Assembly (NCBI RefSeq): GCF_009914755.1
Contig: NC_060940.1
DNA from: the human T2T-CHM13v2.0 reference genome, Homo sapiens
Reading direction: 5' to 3' (one strand)
DNA length: 64,000 nucleotides
Numbering within the stretch: the stretch's first letter is position 1; each line of letters starts with the position of its first letter. Shown here in pieces: positions 12,790-26,130 of the stretch. Under the pieces are notes generated by a model that saw only the letters and a program-made list of their open reading frames with translations, searched no databases and was not told where the DNA came from. The position numbers and the translations under genes were made by a program.

Positions 12790-12970
12790 CATGCGCCACA
12801 TGCACACGGTGTGACTTAAGGCAAATTGCTTAATATTTTCAGACCTGTTTGTTCCTCTGTCAAATGAGAATAGCAATGCCCAGCCTCTAGCCAGCTGGGG
12901 GCTACAAGAATTAAGCACAAAATGCCAAACACAGTGTCTCATATGTAGTCAGCACTCAATCTTTCAAAAT
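12790..12970 (+). mobile_element. MIR SINE
   Basis: 'gtgtgacttaaggcaaattgcttaa..ttcctctgtcaaatgagaatagcaatg' MIR core. Confidence 0.7.
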
Positions 12971-13319
12971 AAAAAGAACAATAATTATATGTCTGCCTAG
13001 CTACTTTCAGAGTCAGCTCAGATGGTCCTCTCTCCATAAACCTCTGGTAATTTCTCCACTTGAACGTCTGTGCTCATTCTCTGGTTTTCTTAGCGCTTTG
13101 CAGGACCCCAGACAGACACAGTCACATTTTGCTTTGTATTTTTGTTTCTTGGTGTTTGGGTGTGCACGTGTGTGTGTGTCCTGGGGTCTGGGTGTGCATC
13201 TATGTTTCTTCTTGGATCTTTTTAGTTGTTAAATCTACTTGTTCCAGATAGGAAATGTGACTTCATCTCTCTCTCTCCATGTGCTCTGTACACAGAGAGG
13301 ACTTAATAATTTTGTGACA

Positions 13320-13620
13320 AGTGTATTTATTTACCACCATGTGAGAGCTATTATTGTGTTCCAGGATACTTACTAGGTACTTTATACATGGTATTTTATT
13401 TAATCTCCATAACAGCTCTAGGAGATAGATTTTATTAACTGCATCCTTTTAATGACTATTTATATAGTCAATAAGACTATAATGACTTATACTCCTACTG
13501 AGCAGATAAGGAAACTGAAGCTCCGAGGAGTTAATAGGACTTGCTCAGTGTTGCACAACTACCAAGTGGTGGCCCTGGGAAGTCTTCTGTGACTCTAATC
13601 TAGGCTCTAAAGTCTAATTA
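13320..13620 (-). mobile_element. MIR SINE
   Basis: 'tttaatctccataacagctcta..cagataaggaaactgaagctccgaggagttaa' antisense MIR. Confidence 0.7.
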
Positions 13621-13622
13621 TC

Positions 13623-13790
13623 CACTGGCTGTTAAAGTGTGGCCCTCACACAGGCAGCAGCAGCATCACATGGGAAGTGGAAGTGAGAAATGCACATTCT
13701 TGGGCCCTAGCTCAGATCTACTGAATCAGAAACTCTGGCAGTGGATTTCAGTCCTCCAGGTGACTCTAATGCACGCTCAGGTTTGAGAAA
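13623..13790 (+). mobile_element. MER5A (hAT-Charlie)
   Basis: 'cagcagcatcacatgggaa..agaaatgcacattcttgggccc..ctactgaatcagaaactctgg..ccaggtgactctaatgcacgctcaggtttgagaa'. Confidence 0.85.
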
Positions 13791-13819
13791 GGATCCCTGC
13801 CCCTAATCCATCAAGCCAG

Positions 13820-14085
13820 GCCAGGAGAGTGCAATCGTAGAGTCCATGTGTCCTGCCTCTTGAATCCCTGAGTTGAAATCCCAGATCTTTCACTTCTTAA
13901 CTATACAACTCTGGGAATGGTATTTATCCTTCCTCTGCCATAATCCTCTTATGTGTAAAATGTGAATAATGACAGGACAAACGTTGAGTTGCCAGAGGGA
14001 TGGAAAATATAAATGCATATAAGACATTTAATCCAACACCTGGCACGCAGTATAAGGACTTGCTAAATGCTATTTGTCATTATTA
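13820..14085 (+). mobile_element. MIR SINE
   Basis: 'gttgaaatcccagatctttcactt..tgtaaaatgtgaataatgac..aacacctggcacgcagt'. Confidence 0.7.
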
Positions 14086-14589
14086 TGATTTAATCATTTT
14101 AGATTACTTTTCCAGTGTATTTCCTCACCATCCCACCCAAAGTCTGAACAGTTTTGTTTGTTTGTTTTTTAATAGAAGGAAAGTAACTTGGGTCTGGCCT
14201 TGATGAGGCTCCTGAATTTTCCTGCTTGTGATACGGTGGTGTTCTGAAGACTGGCAAGTACCTTTCTTGTTTCTCTGCTGCTATCCTGAAAATGTGACTT
14301 GCGTGCATTTGGGAGAAAGGTTTGCTGCCTGGGACAGTGCAACACAAGTTTAGAAGGCAGACTTGAATCTGTCTGCACATTTGGTCAGGTGAGCTTGGGC
14401 ATGCTCTTTAACATCTGAAACTTTCCTTCTCCTTTTATGCAAAAAAGGAGAAAATCACCTGGGTGCAGGGTGGAGGAGGTAGCACTAATATTTACTGAGC
14501 ATTTACTATGTCCCAAACATTTCTTCTTCTCAGTGCTTTATATGTGTTCTCTCATGTGAGCCTACAGTTACCTGTGAGATAGATAGTAA

Positions 14590-14984
<395 letters not shown>

Positions 14985-15279
14985 AGCCACCATTCTTAAC
15001 CATAACTGCCTCAGTATGTTGTTGAGAGAAATAACTAAAAAGATGAACGTTAAACACAAAACAGTGCCAGGCACATGGACGTGCTTATTACATGTAGCTG
15101 AAACAACAAATCATCATCATCCTCAGTAGCAATATCAATAATATGGATGGAAGGGCAGTTTTTCCATTTGTTACAGGTGGAATTTAATCTCCTGAGAACC
15201 AGGTAAAGAGATCTTCATTTCACCCATAAGTCCAATCAGTACTTGGTGAAGGATTCCTTCTTTCTTCCTCACCTGTCCT

Positions 15280-15720
15280 CCCCCTAGTGAACCACTGGTG
15301 TCATTAAGAAACAGTTAACACACATCATCTTTCTTAGCTATTTTTGCTGCCTGCCATCTGGAGTGCCTCGGCTCTCTTGGATGTGTTCACACTAAATCAG
15401 CAGATGAAAGCATTAACTAATTTCTCCATTTCAGATCCGCTCATTTGGGTAACGATGACCTTTAAAACGAGTGTCATCCACCTCATAACCATGTGCCATA
15501 TGTTGGATGTCGGATAATAAAGCATATTTAAACTTAGCAGGCTCCATAACACCTTATGGCTGGTTGGTGATTAACTAATAACTTCCTTACCAGCATCTTC
15601 CCGGTTAAGGCTGACAAAGCGTTTTGTTTGCCACTTAGTGTCCGTTTCCATTGGAACCTTTTCAAACACACTCCTAGAAGACTTGATTGTGCACTGAAGC
15701 TTTCTCGTTCACTCTTGGCA
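15280..15720. promoter_or_regulatory. Candidate enhancer / conserved non-coding element
   Basis: Repeat-free; E-boxes CATCTG 15355, CAGATG 15401, CATTTG 15442, CATGTG 15490, CATATG 15497; NBRE TGACCTTT 15456; several retained CpGs. Confidence 0.3.
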
Positions 15721-15776
15721 TATGGGGCCAGCACATTTTCTCCCCCAGATATTTTATTTCATGCAAAAACATAATA

Positions 15777-15830
15777 CCAGACACTGATCCCTGAGTGCCA
15801 GACATTGATCCCTGAGTGCCAAGTGCCAAG
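15777..15830. repeat. 21-bp tandem duplication with short stutter
   Basis: ccagacactgatccctgagtg / ccagacattgatccctgagtg / ccaagtg ccaag. Confidence 0.9.
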
Positions 15831-16123
15831 ATCCCATTTACTGTTCACAAAAGCTCCACAGGACAAGGGTTTCTGTGCCCATTTATGTACAGATGAGAGT
15901 GAGGGTCAAAGAAACCGAGCAATTAGCGCAAGTTCATGGAAGGGCTGAGATCTGAACCCAGATCTCTTTCCCTAAATGCCATGACTGTATTTTTACTTAT
16001 TTTTGTTTTTGCTAAAATGCAAGATACCATTTTGGGTGTTTTGTTTTCCTCCCATTCAGGGAATCAAGCTATGCCCTAGTTCATGTCTTCATCAGAATGG
16101 GAAGCTTTAAAAGTTAATTCCCA

Positions 16124-16473
<350 letters not shown>

Positions 16474-19193
16474 TCACTCTGATGGTTCACAGAGATTCTG
16501 AAAGTCACCTTGCCTAGGACTAGTGTCCCTTCCTGTAGCTACTCATTCACAACCTCGACCAGTAAGCCACGCTGGACTCTTCTGTGCCCCATGCAATTCC
16601 TCAAAAATCTTGTCATTCTATTATATGAACCACAGTAAGAAACACAGATTACACTACTCACCTTTTCTGAACCTTACATTCCTACAGAATATATCTGATC
16701 CCAAGGAAAGTAGCTTTCAGTCTTTGGAGGAGGTTTTCAAAAGTGATTACCCAGAATGAAAGGGAATAATGGGAAAAAAGATGTATGTAAATACTTGGTT
16801 ATTCACGGATGTTGTGACTGAGGAGATGGTTCTCCATCCCTAGCAGAGGATTAATTCTGAAGTTTTTTTTTTTTTTTCTATCTAAGTCCCATCCAAGTCA
16901 GTGGGACTATTAGGTCCCTTGTGATACATATTAACACTTGGTGAGCATCCTACCTTTGGAACTCTAAATGCCTCAACACACTTGTTATTCTCTTCCTCAA
17001 GCTTTTCTATATACATCCCCACAATTGGTTTTACATAAATCGGTATGTAAGACCTGCCACCACCAACAAGATAACGTATGCATCAATCTATATCTTTCCA
17101 TATTTTTCTCCGTGCTCTTAAAGTGCTGTATAGGCTAACCTGATGGTGTGCTTTTCCTTAGTTGTAATTTGTTTTACAATAATGGCTATTATACACACGT
17201 TGTTAAACTTCACTATACTCATTCATTTGAATAATTATTTTTTTCATATTGTGAATATGCCACAATTTATACACCTGTTCACTGATCAGTGGGTATTCTC
17301 TTTCCCATCCCCTACTCCCATCATGAGCATTATATATAGGTGCTTTGATTTCCAGGCTCTTGATTCCCAGAAATGAGATTATTACCTCAAAGAATAAATG
17401 TTTTTAAAGTTAAATTGCTACTGCTAGATTGTTTTCCAAAGGCAGAAGTTCTTTGAATTTCCGCCAGCAATACTTGAAGTAAACTTTCCCCATATCAAGC
17501 AGCCGAAATGGCTATTTCAGTTTGATGGAGGTAAAGTAGTACTTCATTGTTACCTGAATTTTCATTCCGTCATGACTAGTGAATGGAGCACTTTTAAAAT
17601 ATATTTGTTAGCCATTTTGATTTGCACTTCTGTAAATCATATTTTTTGTCCAGTCTTCCTGTTGTACTCTTCGTTTTTTTCTTGGCAACATATAGAAGTA
17701 TTTGCATACTACAGACATTACGATTTATTATCAATGATGCAATTTGATTTTTCCATCTCTATTAATGTTTATTGGCTTTGTTTCTGCTTTTTGGTTTTTA
17801 TTGACATACGTAGACTTTACCTTTTAACTTCTGTATTTTCATTATTGATTAAGAATGTGCTACCTTCTAGATTGTAAATGTAGTTTCCTGTACTTTCTGG
17901 CAAAATTCTTATTGCTTTTTTGTTGTTGTTTTAAATATAACTCTTTAGTCAAATCTTCTTACATGGTCCTTCTTTGTCATATTTTTTGGATAATTTCAGA
18001 CATGTATTCTTTGGGATAAAATTTAAGATTTAGAAATTAATCATAGAAACTAGACTAAATATACCTACTGAATTTTACAAATATATTTTCAGCACAACTG
18101 GATAATACATATCATTTTTTCTCTTAATTTGTGATACAAATGATTATGATAATAGATTGGTAATATTATACCATCTTTGAATTCCTGAAATATATCTAAC
18201 TTGACCAATAATTTTATTTTATAAATCTTGGAAAAATTAATTGTAATGCTTACATTTTTAAATTAAAGAGCAAGTTATTTATTTCCATTAGTTTCAATTG
18301 CATTTTCTCTTTCAATAAGATACAAGCACTTTCTTGAGAGTTTCTCTGCTATCTTGTACAAGGTATTCCTACATTTGTTTACAATATTAAAAATGAATTA
18401 TTTTTCCCATTTTAATTTATATATACTGTTTTCTAAAACAGCAGAAGCTATTCTTTCCTTTCATTTTTCACATTATAAAACCTGTTCAATAATTCTGTTT
18501 TTTATTCTCTTGTATTTTAAACTACTTTTCAATGAAAGTTATGTTATACCTCTCATTCTTCAATATTTATAATAGCACTTAATTTTCTTGTCATATTGCA
18601 TATGCTAAAACATTCAAGAGAGAAAAGGTAATAATGGTGATGACAAATATCGCCGTGAAGTTCATGATTTGATTTTGAAGTTGTCTGAATATTTTTCTCT
18701 TTGGGATGTATTTGCTACCATTTTTAGTAAACATTATTTATCACATATAGCTGATTTATTTTTCTTATTCCACTGAATTTAGAAAATATATTTTCAAAAT
18801 GTGGGGATATGATATAATAGATCTTGCTAAACTTACTAATATATTTGATTATGACAACAGACTATTAATGATATATCTAATATATTTCTATCTTTTTAAT
18901 TATTTGAACTATCCTTGTTAGTTTTAAAGTTAAAAAGTTATGCTTGCTCCATAAAGCAAACTGACATACTTTCCATCTTCTTTCATAGCCTGAGTTTCTT
19001 TAAATAACATAAAAATTTTCTGTTCTTCAAAGCCCTTTAATCTTGGTACATTTTTGAATTATATTCACCTTCCCAATTTCTTCTATGTGTTCCTGGGATG
19101 GCTATCTTGTGTGTGTGACTGTGTGTATATGTATGTTAACTTTCTCATTTCTACCTTTTAATTTTTTTGTTCTTTTATTAGTTATTGAGGTTA

Positions 19194-19935
19194 TGTCAAA
19201 AGACAAAATTACAAGATATTTAGTCATAGATTTAATTGGCTTTTATTTGTGATTCACAAATCAGGGCGGCCTCTATTCTACAAAGTAGAATGAGAACACC
19301 CTCTGGGAAATGGCAAAACAGTGGATTTTATAAAGCGGGAGCAAGGATACAAAACAATAGAAAAAAAAGTTGATTGGTTAGCATCAAGTTACTTTAGGTT
19401 ACTTTTAGGTAAGGGATAAAGCTGAGAACACTTTCTTATTATAGTGCCTCAGGCAGACTAAAATCTGTTGTTTTCGGGGAACACTGATCTGTTTGGGGAT
19501 CTATCTTTTCTTTCAAGTTTCAGTTTTATTATGTGGCATTTAGCATGAGTGACTTCGGTTTGGTCTGGTCTGTTGGGGTCAAATGCAAGACCTCCTTTCA
19601 AAACAATGGCCTCCTGGCCAGGCACGGTGGCTCACACCTGTAATCCCAGAGCTCTGGGAGGCTGAGGCGGGAGGATCATGTGAGGCCAGGAGTTCAAGAC
19701 CAGCCTAGGCAACATGGTGAAACCCTGTTGTTATTAAAAATACAAAAATTAGCCAGGCATGCTGGCACATGCCTGTAGTCCTAGCTTCTTGGGAAGCTGA
19801 GGCACGAGATTTGCTTGAACCCAGGAGGCAGAAGTTGCAGTGAGCAGAGATCACACCACTGTACTCCAATCTGAGTGACAGAGTGAGAGACTGTCTCAAA
19901 AAAAAAAAAAGTCCTCCCATAATTTTTGTTTAACA
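19194..19935 (-). mobile_element. ERV1 (MER4-group) solo LTR, subfamily uncertain
   Basis: TG..CA termini (tgtcaaaag...tttaaca); 4-bp TSD gtta at 19190-93 and 19936-39; 'tggcatttagcatgagtgact..ggtctggtctgttgggg' motif. Confidence 0.75.
19616..19910 (+). mobile_element. Older Alu (Sz/Jb-like) nested in the LTR
   Basis: ggccaggcacggtggctcac through A-tail; degenerate TSD (..ggcctcc / ..gtcctcc). Confidence 0.93.
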
Positions 19936-20235
19936 GTTATTACTTAGTCTCCTTTGGTGTTTTTTTTCCACTAATAATTAATTAAGTTTGGCGAGAAAGC
20001 TTTTACTGCGTCCTATAATTTTCGTTATAAAGTATTTTTTTCGTTGTTATCCAGATAATCTGCGTTTTTACTTTTATATCTTCTCTGATTTTAGTATCAT
20101 CAAGGAGGGTATCATTTAATTTCCAAGAAGCTAACATTTTGAATATTGATTGATTTCTTCATCTTAGGATAAGAAACAGAGAATACGACCTTTTTTTAAC
20201 TTTAAGAAATGCTGCTTATAAATATCCCTATGATG

Positions 20236-20567
<332 letters not shown>

Positions 20568-23286
20568 CTATTTTCAGAGTGATGTGTTTATCTGTCTATC
20601 TAATCTATTTATCTACCTACTTTACATTTATTTATATCCGTCTGTAGCGTATTTGTTATCTATTGATCTATTTTTGGTTTCATTATCAAAGCATATGTGG
20701 GAAATCACCTCCTTTCTGACTCTCAACTATATCCAACCTTGGAGGCAGGGAAGACTTAAGCCACTCATTTAGCTCATAGCACTCAAGGACTTGGGGGTTA
20801 CCAGTTGCATTCAATTGGGTTGATGTCAGCTCTTCTCCCTGAGATCCTCAGAGCACTAAGTACCAGCTCCTGTCAGTTCTTGTTGATTTCTTATTCATGC
20901 CCTGGACCTATTGCTAGTTCCAAGCAGAGAAAGCTCAGCACTAATCTTTTCTCCATGCTGCAAGAATTCCAACAAAAGCAAGGCCTCATGTATATCCAGC
21001 TGCCTATGGATCCAGACACTCTACCACTCAGGTGTAGCCTATAAAATTAGAGAGGAACTGAATGGCACTTATATTCCCCAAATCCCCTATAAGTCCATGT
21101 CATTAATAACTTTTCTAAGTGAGGTTAAAAGAGAACTACCCAGGACTCTGAGGACTATAACCTGCTTGAGTCCAGCCGTAGCACAGTGGGAACCTCAGTG
21201 GAGCTACTGTATAGGTCAAGATAAGGGATCCAGTGGAGAAGGCAGGATGGGAAGACTAGCCAGGCGATAACATCAGTAAGAGGAGTCCAGCAACCCAGGT
21301 CACAGTGTCTATGGGAATGGGACAACCTGGAGTGGGAATCAATTATTGCTGATGTCCAAAAATCCTTTGTGGGAGAAGGTGGCACAGTACTAGTCCCAAA
21401 TTGCTTCTCCAGTTACAGCAGATTATATGCCTGGAGACATAAAGTGATGGGGACAGTACAGCAAATATCCTTTTGTTCCTGACTTTTCTTGACCACTTGT
21501 AAAATATATTCCATATTAAAACCAACAGGAATATAGAAAGGAGCAGTAACAGAATTTGCATGAAACATCATTTTAAAACAAGAAGTGTTAAAGAAATTTG
21601 GTCATTTCAGTGGACCATTTGGGGCTGTTCTGCCAGATTTCCCAGGCTAAGACTTTTCATTTACTCTCCAAGAGGCGTGAAGAATTTTGAGGAATCCTCA
21701 TGTTGCTCACCTGCCTTGAAAACCTCATGTAAAATTCTGTCAAAAGGCCCTGTAGGTTTTTTGTTGTAGAATTTATCACAACCTGAACTTACCTAGTATA
21801 TTAATCTCTTTAGTTCATGGTTTGCTTCTTCCAATTTAAATGTAAGCTCCAGGTAGTCAGGGACTTGCCTGTCTTGTGCACGGAAACACAAAAAGATAAT
21901 TTCATCCATAACATTGGCCCATTTACCCATCCTGGAGTTCAGGTGAAATGCCTCTGCTGTACACAATCTTCACAACTCTAAAAATGACATTGTCATGGCC
22001 ATTGTTAGCAGCAAAGGCATTTGGTAAGCAGGCATAAGAATATCATCCAGTGACTGGGATAAAGATAAAGGAAGTTAACCAAGCATGGCAGGATCAGGAC
22101 TCCCATCCTGGAGTGTACCAATTCACCTGCTTGTAGTTCTCAGTAGGCTTTTCTTAAGATTGACTTGGAGACTAGGTGAGGCCAGTCTTGCTTTAGTTCC
22201 TTAATACCTCTACAGAGAGCCTTGAAGCAAAAACAGACTGACACTAGGCATTAGTCCAAGGCCCTGCTGGGATTTGATAGGGCATGAGGGAAGGGAACCT
22301 TGATGGCTAACAGGGCCTGCCTATTCCCTCCTACACTGGTTCATAAAAGGAAATGCCACCTAACTTCTGGTGAGAACTGGCTTCCTCCCCACAGCCTCAT
22401 CTGAAGTATTTAATTAAATCCAATCATACTGAAATGCTGCATTTGAGATTCCACTTTTTACTTCTTCACTCCGTTTCTGGTATAAAGGCGCCCTGGGTTT
22501 TATTTAGTCAAATGTCTAACTAGAAATTGCACTTTTCAGAAAAGATAAAAAATAATGATCATCTAATTCCCTATTTTCCACAGAGCCACTTAACTTTCAA
22601 GTGCTTAGTAGTAATCAATAAAAGCCTTTCATCACAAAACCCAATAAGCAAGATCAAATTCAAGGGAAAAGCTCAGAAGAGAGCAATGGTTGGCACCCAA
22701 ACCATTTTATGAGGTCAGAATCACTTTTCTACATGAAGCTAATTTCTACTCATGGCCCAAAGCCATTTCACCTCTTGCACTCTGACTTCTTACTTTCCAA
22801 AGCTGACTCCACTGGGCCTGCTAAGAACACAGGTGCTGCTATGAACAGCATCCAGAGAAAACCTCACACTGGAATTGATAGCAGCCATGCTGTGATCCCA
22901 GCTCGATGCCCAATTTGAGGGTTACTTCTCGTTCAGGAGAACCTGCAGGCATTGGTTTAGAGAGAGAAGCAGCAGCTGTGAAAGACAATGTGAAGATTCA
23001 GAGTCTTTCTGATGGTGTTAAGATGGCATTTGGACCCAGGATTTGGGGGCTTATTCCCTAGACCCTCTCATTTTCCCCCAACCTCTCCAAGGAAGACAAA
23101 CAAATGGGAAATAGGAGCAAACAAAAGTGGAAGTGTCCTCATTGTCAGCTGGGCTTGAGTCCCACATCTCAGTACAAAAAGTTCTGGTGAGTTGGGTTGT
23201 GGTTCAGGGTCAATAATGAATGCCAAAAAGCTGCCTATTCCACCAAGTCCCAACCCAGCTTTCGAACCTTCTCATCCTGCATTCAG

Positions 23287-23440
23287 ACCCCTGAGAAGAC
23301 AGGACAATGAGAGAAAAAGACCCTGGGTCAACTTGCTGCTCTCACCTCATGACTTTAAAAGAAAGAACACTATGGACATCAGAGAGATACACATTCTTAA
23401 CACAGGCAGCCATACCCTTGAACGAGTGCCATCCAATCAG
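23287..23440 (+). other. Candidate 154-nt exon
   Basis: ccttctcatcctgcattcag|ACCCCT...AATCAG|gtaata. Confidence 0.2.
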
Positions 23441-24799
23441 GTAATAAGAATTTGCCTATTGATGTTAGGATTCAACTATAACCTCTATGCAAATAACTTT
23501 TCTTAAATATAGGTAGCACTTGATGGATACTTATTAATGGATGAGAGAGAGATTACATATATAGATAAATATTCCTCTCATATACTACTTTAAAGCTAAA
23601 TTGGAAATATTTTTTCACAAGCAAAAAAAACAAAAATTTATTGAAACACATCTGAAACACAATTCATCATTAAATAGATTTCTTTGTATATTATATTTAC
23701 AAGATACTATCAAAGGTTGTGGAATTATGCCCTAAATAAGAGACCCTCTAACTGTAGGATCAGAAAAAATGTATGTAGGTAAAATCTGTTACAATATACA
23801 TACTGTCACCAAATGAACATGCAAATAGCCCACAGTTGAAGGTCAGATGCCAATATAATATGAAAAGCAATATAGATACTTGGAGAATTTTTTTAAGTTT
23901 ATTCTCACAGAATTCAGGAATGGGTTATTGAGAATTGTAATACAAAAGACTTGAAAATTATACTAGGTCTTAAGCTAGTTGGAACTGTTTTCTTCTTCAA
24001 ATAAGGTCTAGAAATCAACAGAAGAGGAAGTAAGCTATGTCCCAATACCTCATACCCAGAAGCTCATCTTGTTTATGACAGAAGAAGCCCATGACTGTGT
24101 TGAACTTATCCTATGTTTGCCATTGAGTTCAAAACCCCAGCCTTTGCTGAAGAGGTGGTGGGCTGCATTTCAGCACCTCTCTTAGATGATCAGAACATCC
24201 CTGATGCAAATCCACCACAAGCACTAGAATTGGTTTGGAAGCACTTCACTGGTTTCTCTCTGAACTTGAGCCTATGCACCAGATAACCAACATTTTTCAC
24301 AAAATTGGCACCTCACAAAGTGAAACTCTGGGAATCCCAATTGTAAGAAACCAGAACTATTGGGCTCTCTGACCTCATTAACATATTTACAGCAGTGAGG
24401 TTGTCAGTTCCTTAATAATTGCAAAACTTCACGTCACCAGCCTTCCCATGCCCACACCAGACACCAACCAGATGTCCTTGTTCTGACAAATGGCTGTAAA
24501 ATTGGACTCAGCTGTCTGTAAAGAAGACTTCTATTCCTGGGGCTTTGCCTTGTTCGTGGGCACCTCCTCCCGGTCCTTCCATGTGTCAGACATTTGTTAA
24601 GCAAAAAATAAATGAATAAACCAATGAATTACCTTAAAGTCAGTAGGAAGGGCGGAATTCATGGGAAACAAAAAAGAAAGAAAGTGTCCCTTTCTCAGAA
24701 AGATGTAGGCCTTTTATTTTGCAGAAGCCGAAGCTGGATGACTTGGTTTTGTAACTGGGCTATACAGTTTCCTTCACACACCATAAAGGACTCAAGTCT

Positions 24800-25600
24800 C
24801 ACCAGATCTTATTTTGACTTGAAATGTTTCATGATAGGTTTATGGTATTAATTTCCTCCTGTTATATGCATGGCCCTTATGTGCGTTTTCTTCAGAAGAT
24901 AAATCAACTTGCTCGGGTGAGACAGACGAGTGTCGTGTATGCGACTTTAAGAAATAATCCTCAACAAACAAACCATAAGGGATTGTGGTCCTCCGTGGAA
25001 TATCGATTCTGCCACGTTTTAATGCTTAGAGCCACCAGAACACATAAGTAATCTGCTTTTTAAAATAAAAGAGTTTTAATTAAATGATTTCGCAGATCCT
25101 TATTGCTGACACCGTCACTTCTATTTCTAATGGATTTTGAGACTTGTTCAGAACTTAATCCTGTTAATAAGATTCGATTTTCTTTTTGCCTTAATAGTGT
25201 ACTTTGAAATACTTATGATGAAGCCAGGGCATATTTGGTGCGCAGTATTGCTGCAGTTCTGTGTGTAATTTTGGCAAATGAGACTAAGAAGAGAATGACT
25301 GGAGAGAGAATGGAGATAACATGTGGAAAGACTGACTCCTCTGCAATTTAGAAAAGAAAATAGGTTGCCGTTTCCTTCTGTATGTCTAGTTCAATCTTGC
25401 TCAATCTGTGATGCATGTATTACAAGCAAGGGCCTTTAACCTAAACGGTACCAGCCAACTCCTTCTAAAAAATCTGGCTATTTAATAACTGCATAAATAG
25501 CTGTACACTTGATTAAAAAGAAACATAATTAATTGGCATAAAGCCACCCTGCTTGTTCTCCAGATTTTCTTTTGGCGAAATTTTCCTAGTGAGCTTTAAT
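24800..25600. promoter_or_regulatory. Candidate conserved non-coding element
   Basis: No recognisable repeat; about a dozen CpGs in 24880-25245 despite AT-richness; TAAT/TAATCC homeobox cores. Confidence 0.35.
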
Positions 25601-25844
25601 ATTCTTTTCTTTTTAAAACCCTTTTTGCCTACCTTAGAGATATAAACTCTATGGCTCTTGAATAGAAACCAGAAACAAATGTGTTTTATTCATTCTTTTG
25701 TCATTGATATGCTATTAAGAATCTATTCTGTACAAGAAACTAAAGAGCTTAAAATCCAACCAAAATTTAATTTGGCAATTTTAGAAAAATAGTTTAAAGG
25801 GAAGCATGCCCATTGAGGGCTGCTTTAAGCAAAGAAGAGATAGT

Positions 25845-26130
25845 GTTTGTTCAGCAGATATTCAATGCCATCTATTCCAAGCCACCTATGTATTGACCCT
25901 GAAGACATATAGAAATTTGCAATGTGGGCACATGGGGCAAGGAGATAAGTAACCAGGGCACAGATCAGAAGGCAACGTAATGTCATAATAGAGGCAGGCA
26001 TTGAGGATGTACCTGCATTTAAGGATGCAGTGTGGAAAGCTAATATAAATGAAGATGGTAAGGCTCTTGCATGCCAAGCTAGGAAAACATGGGCTCTCTC
26101 CTCTAGACCGTGAGAAATGATGCATTTTGG
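25845..26130 (-). mobile_element. L2 fragment
   Basis: 'ttgttcagcagatattcaatgccatctattccaagcc' resembles the antisense L2 3' end. Confidence 0.45.

Noticed and set aside
15397-15411. tcagcagatgaaag resembles, from memory, the TCF7L2 site at the 8q24 rs6983267 enhancer
   Set aside because: The flanks do not match what I recall; a short shared motif cannot identify the locus.
24110-24290. Short protein-like frame (MFAIEFKTPAFAEEVVGC...) as a possible pseudogene fragment
   Set aside because: Under 60 aa, no recognisable parent, no poly(A) or TSD.
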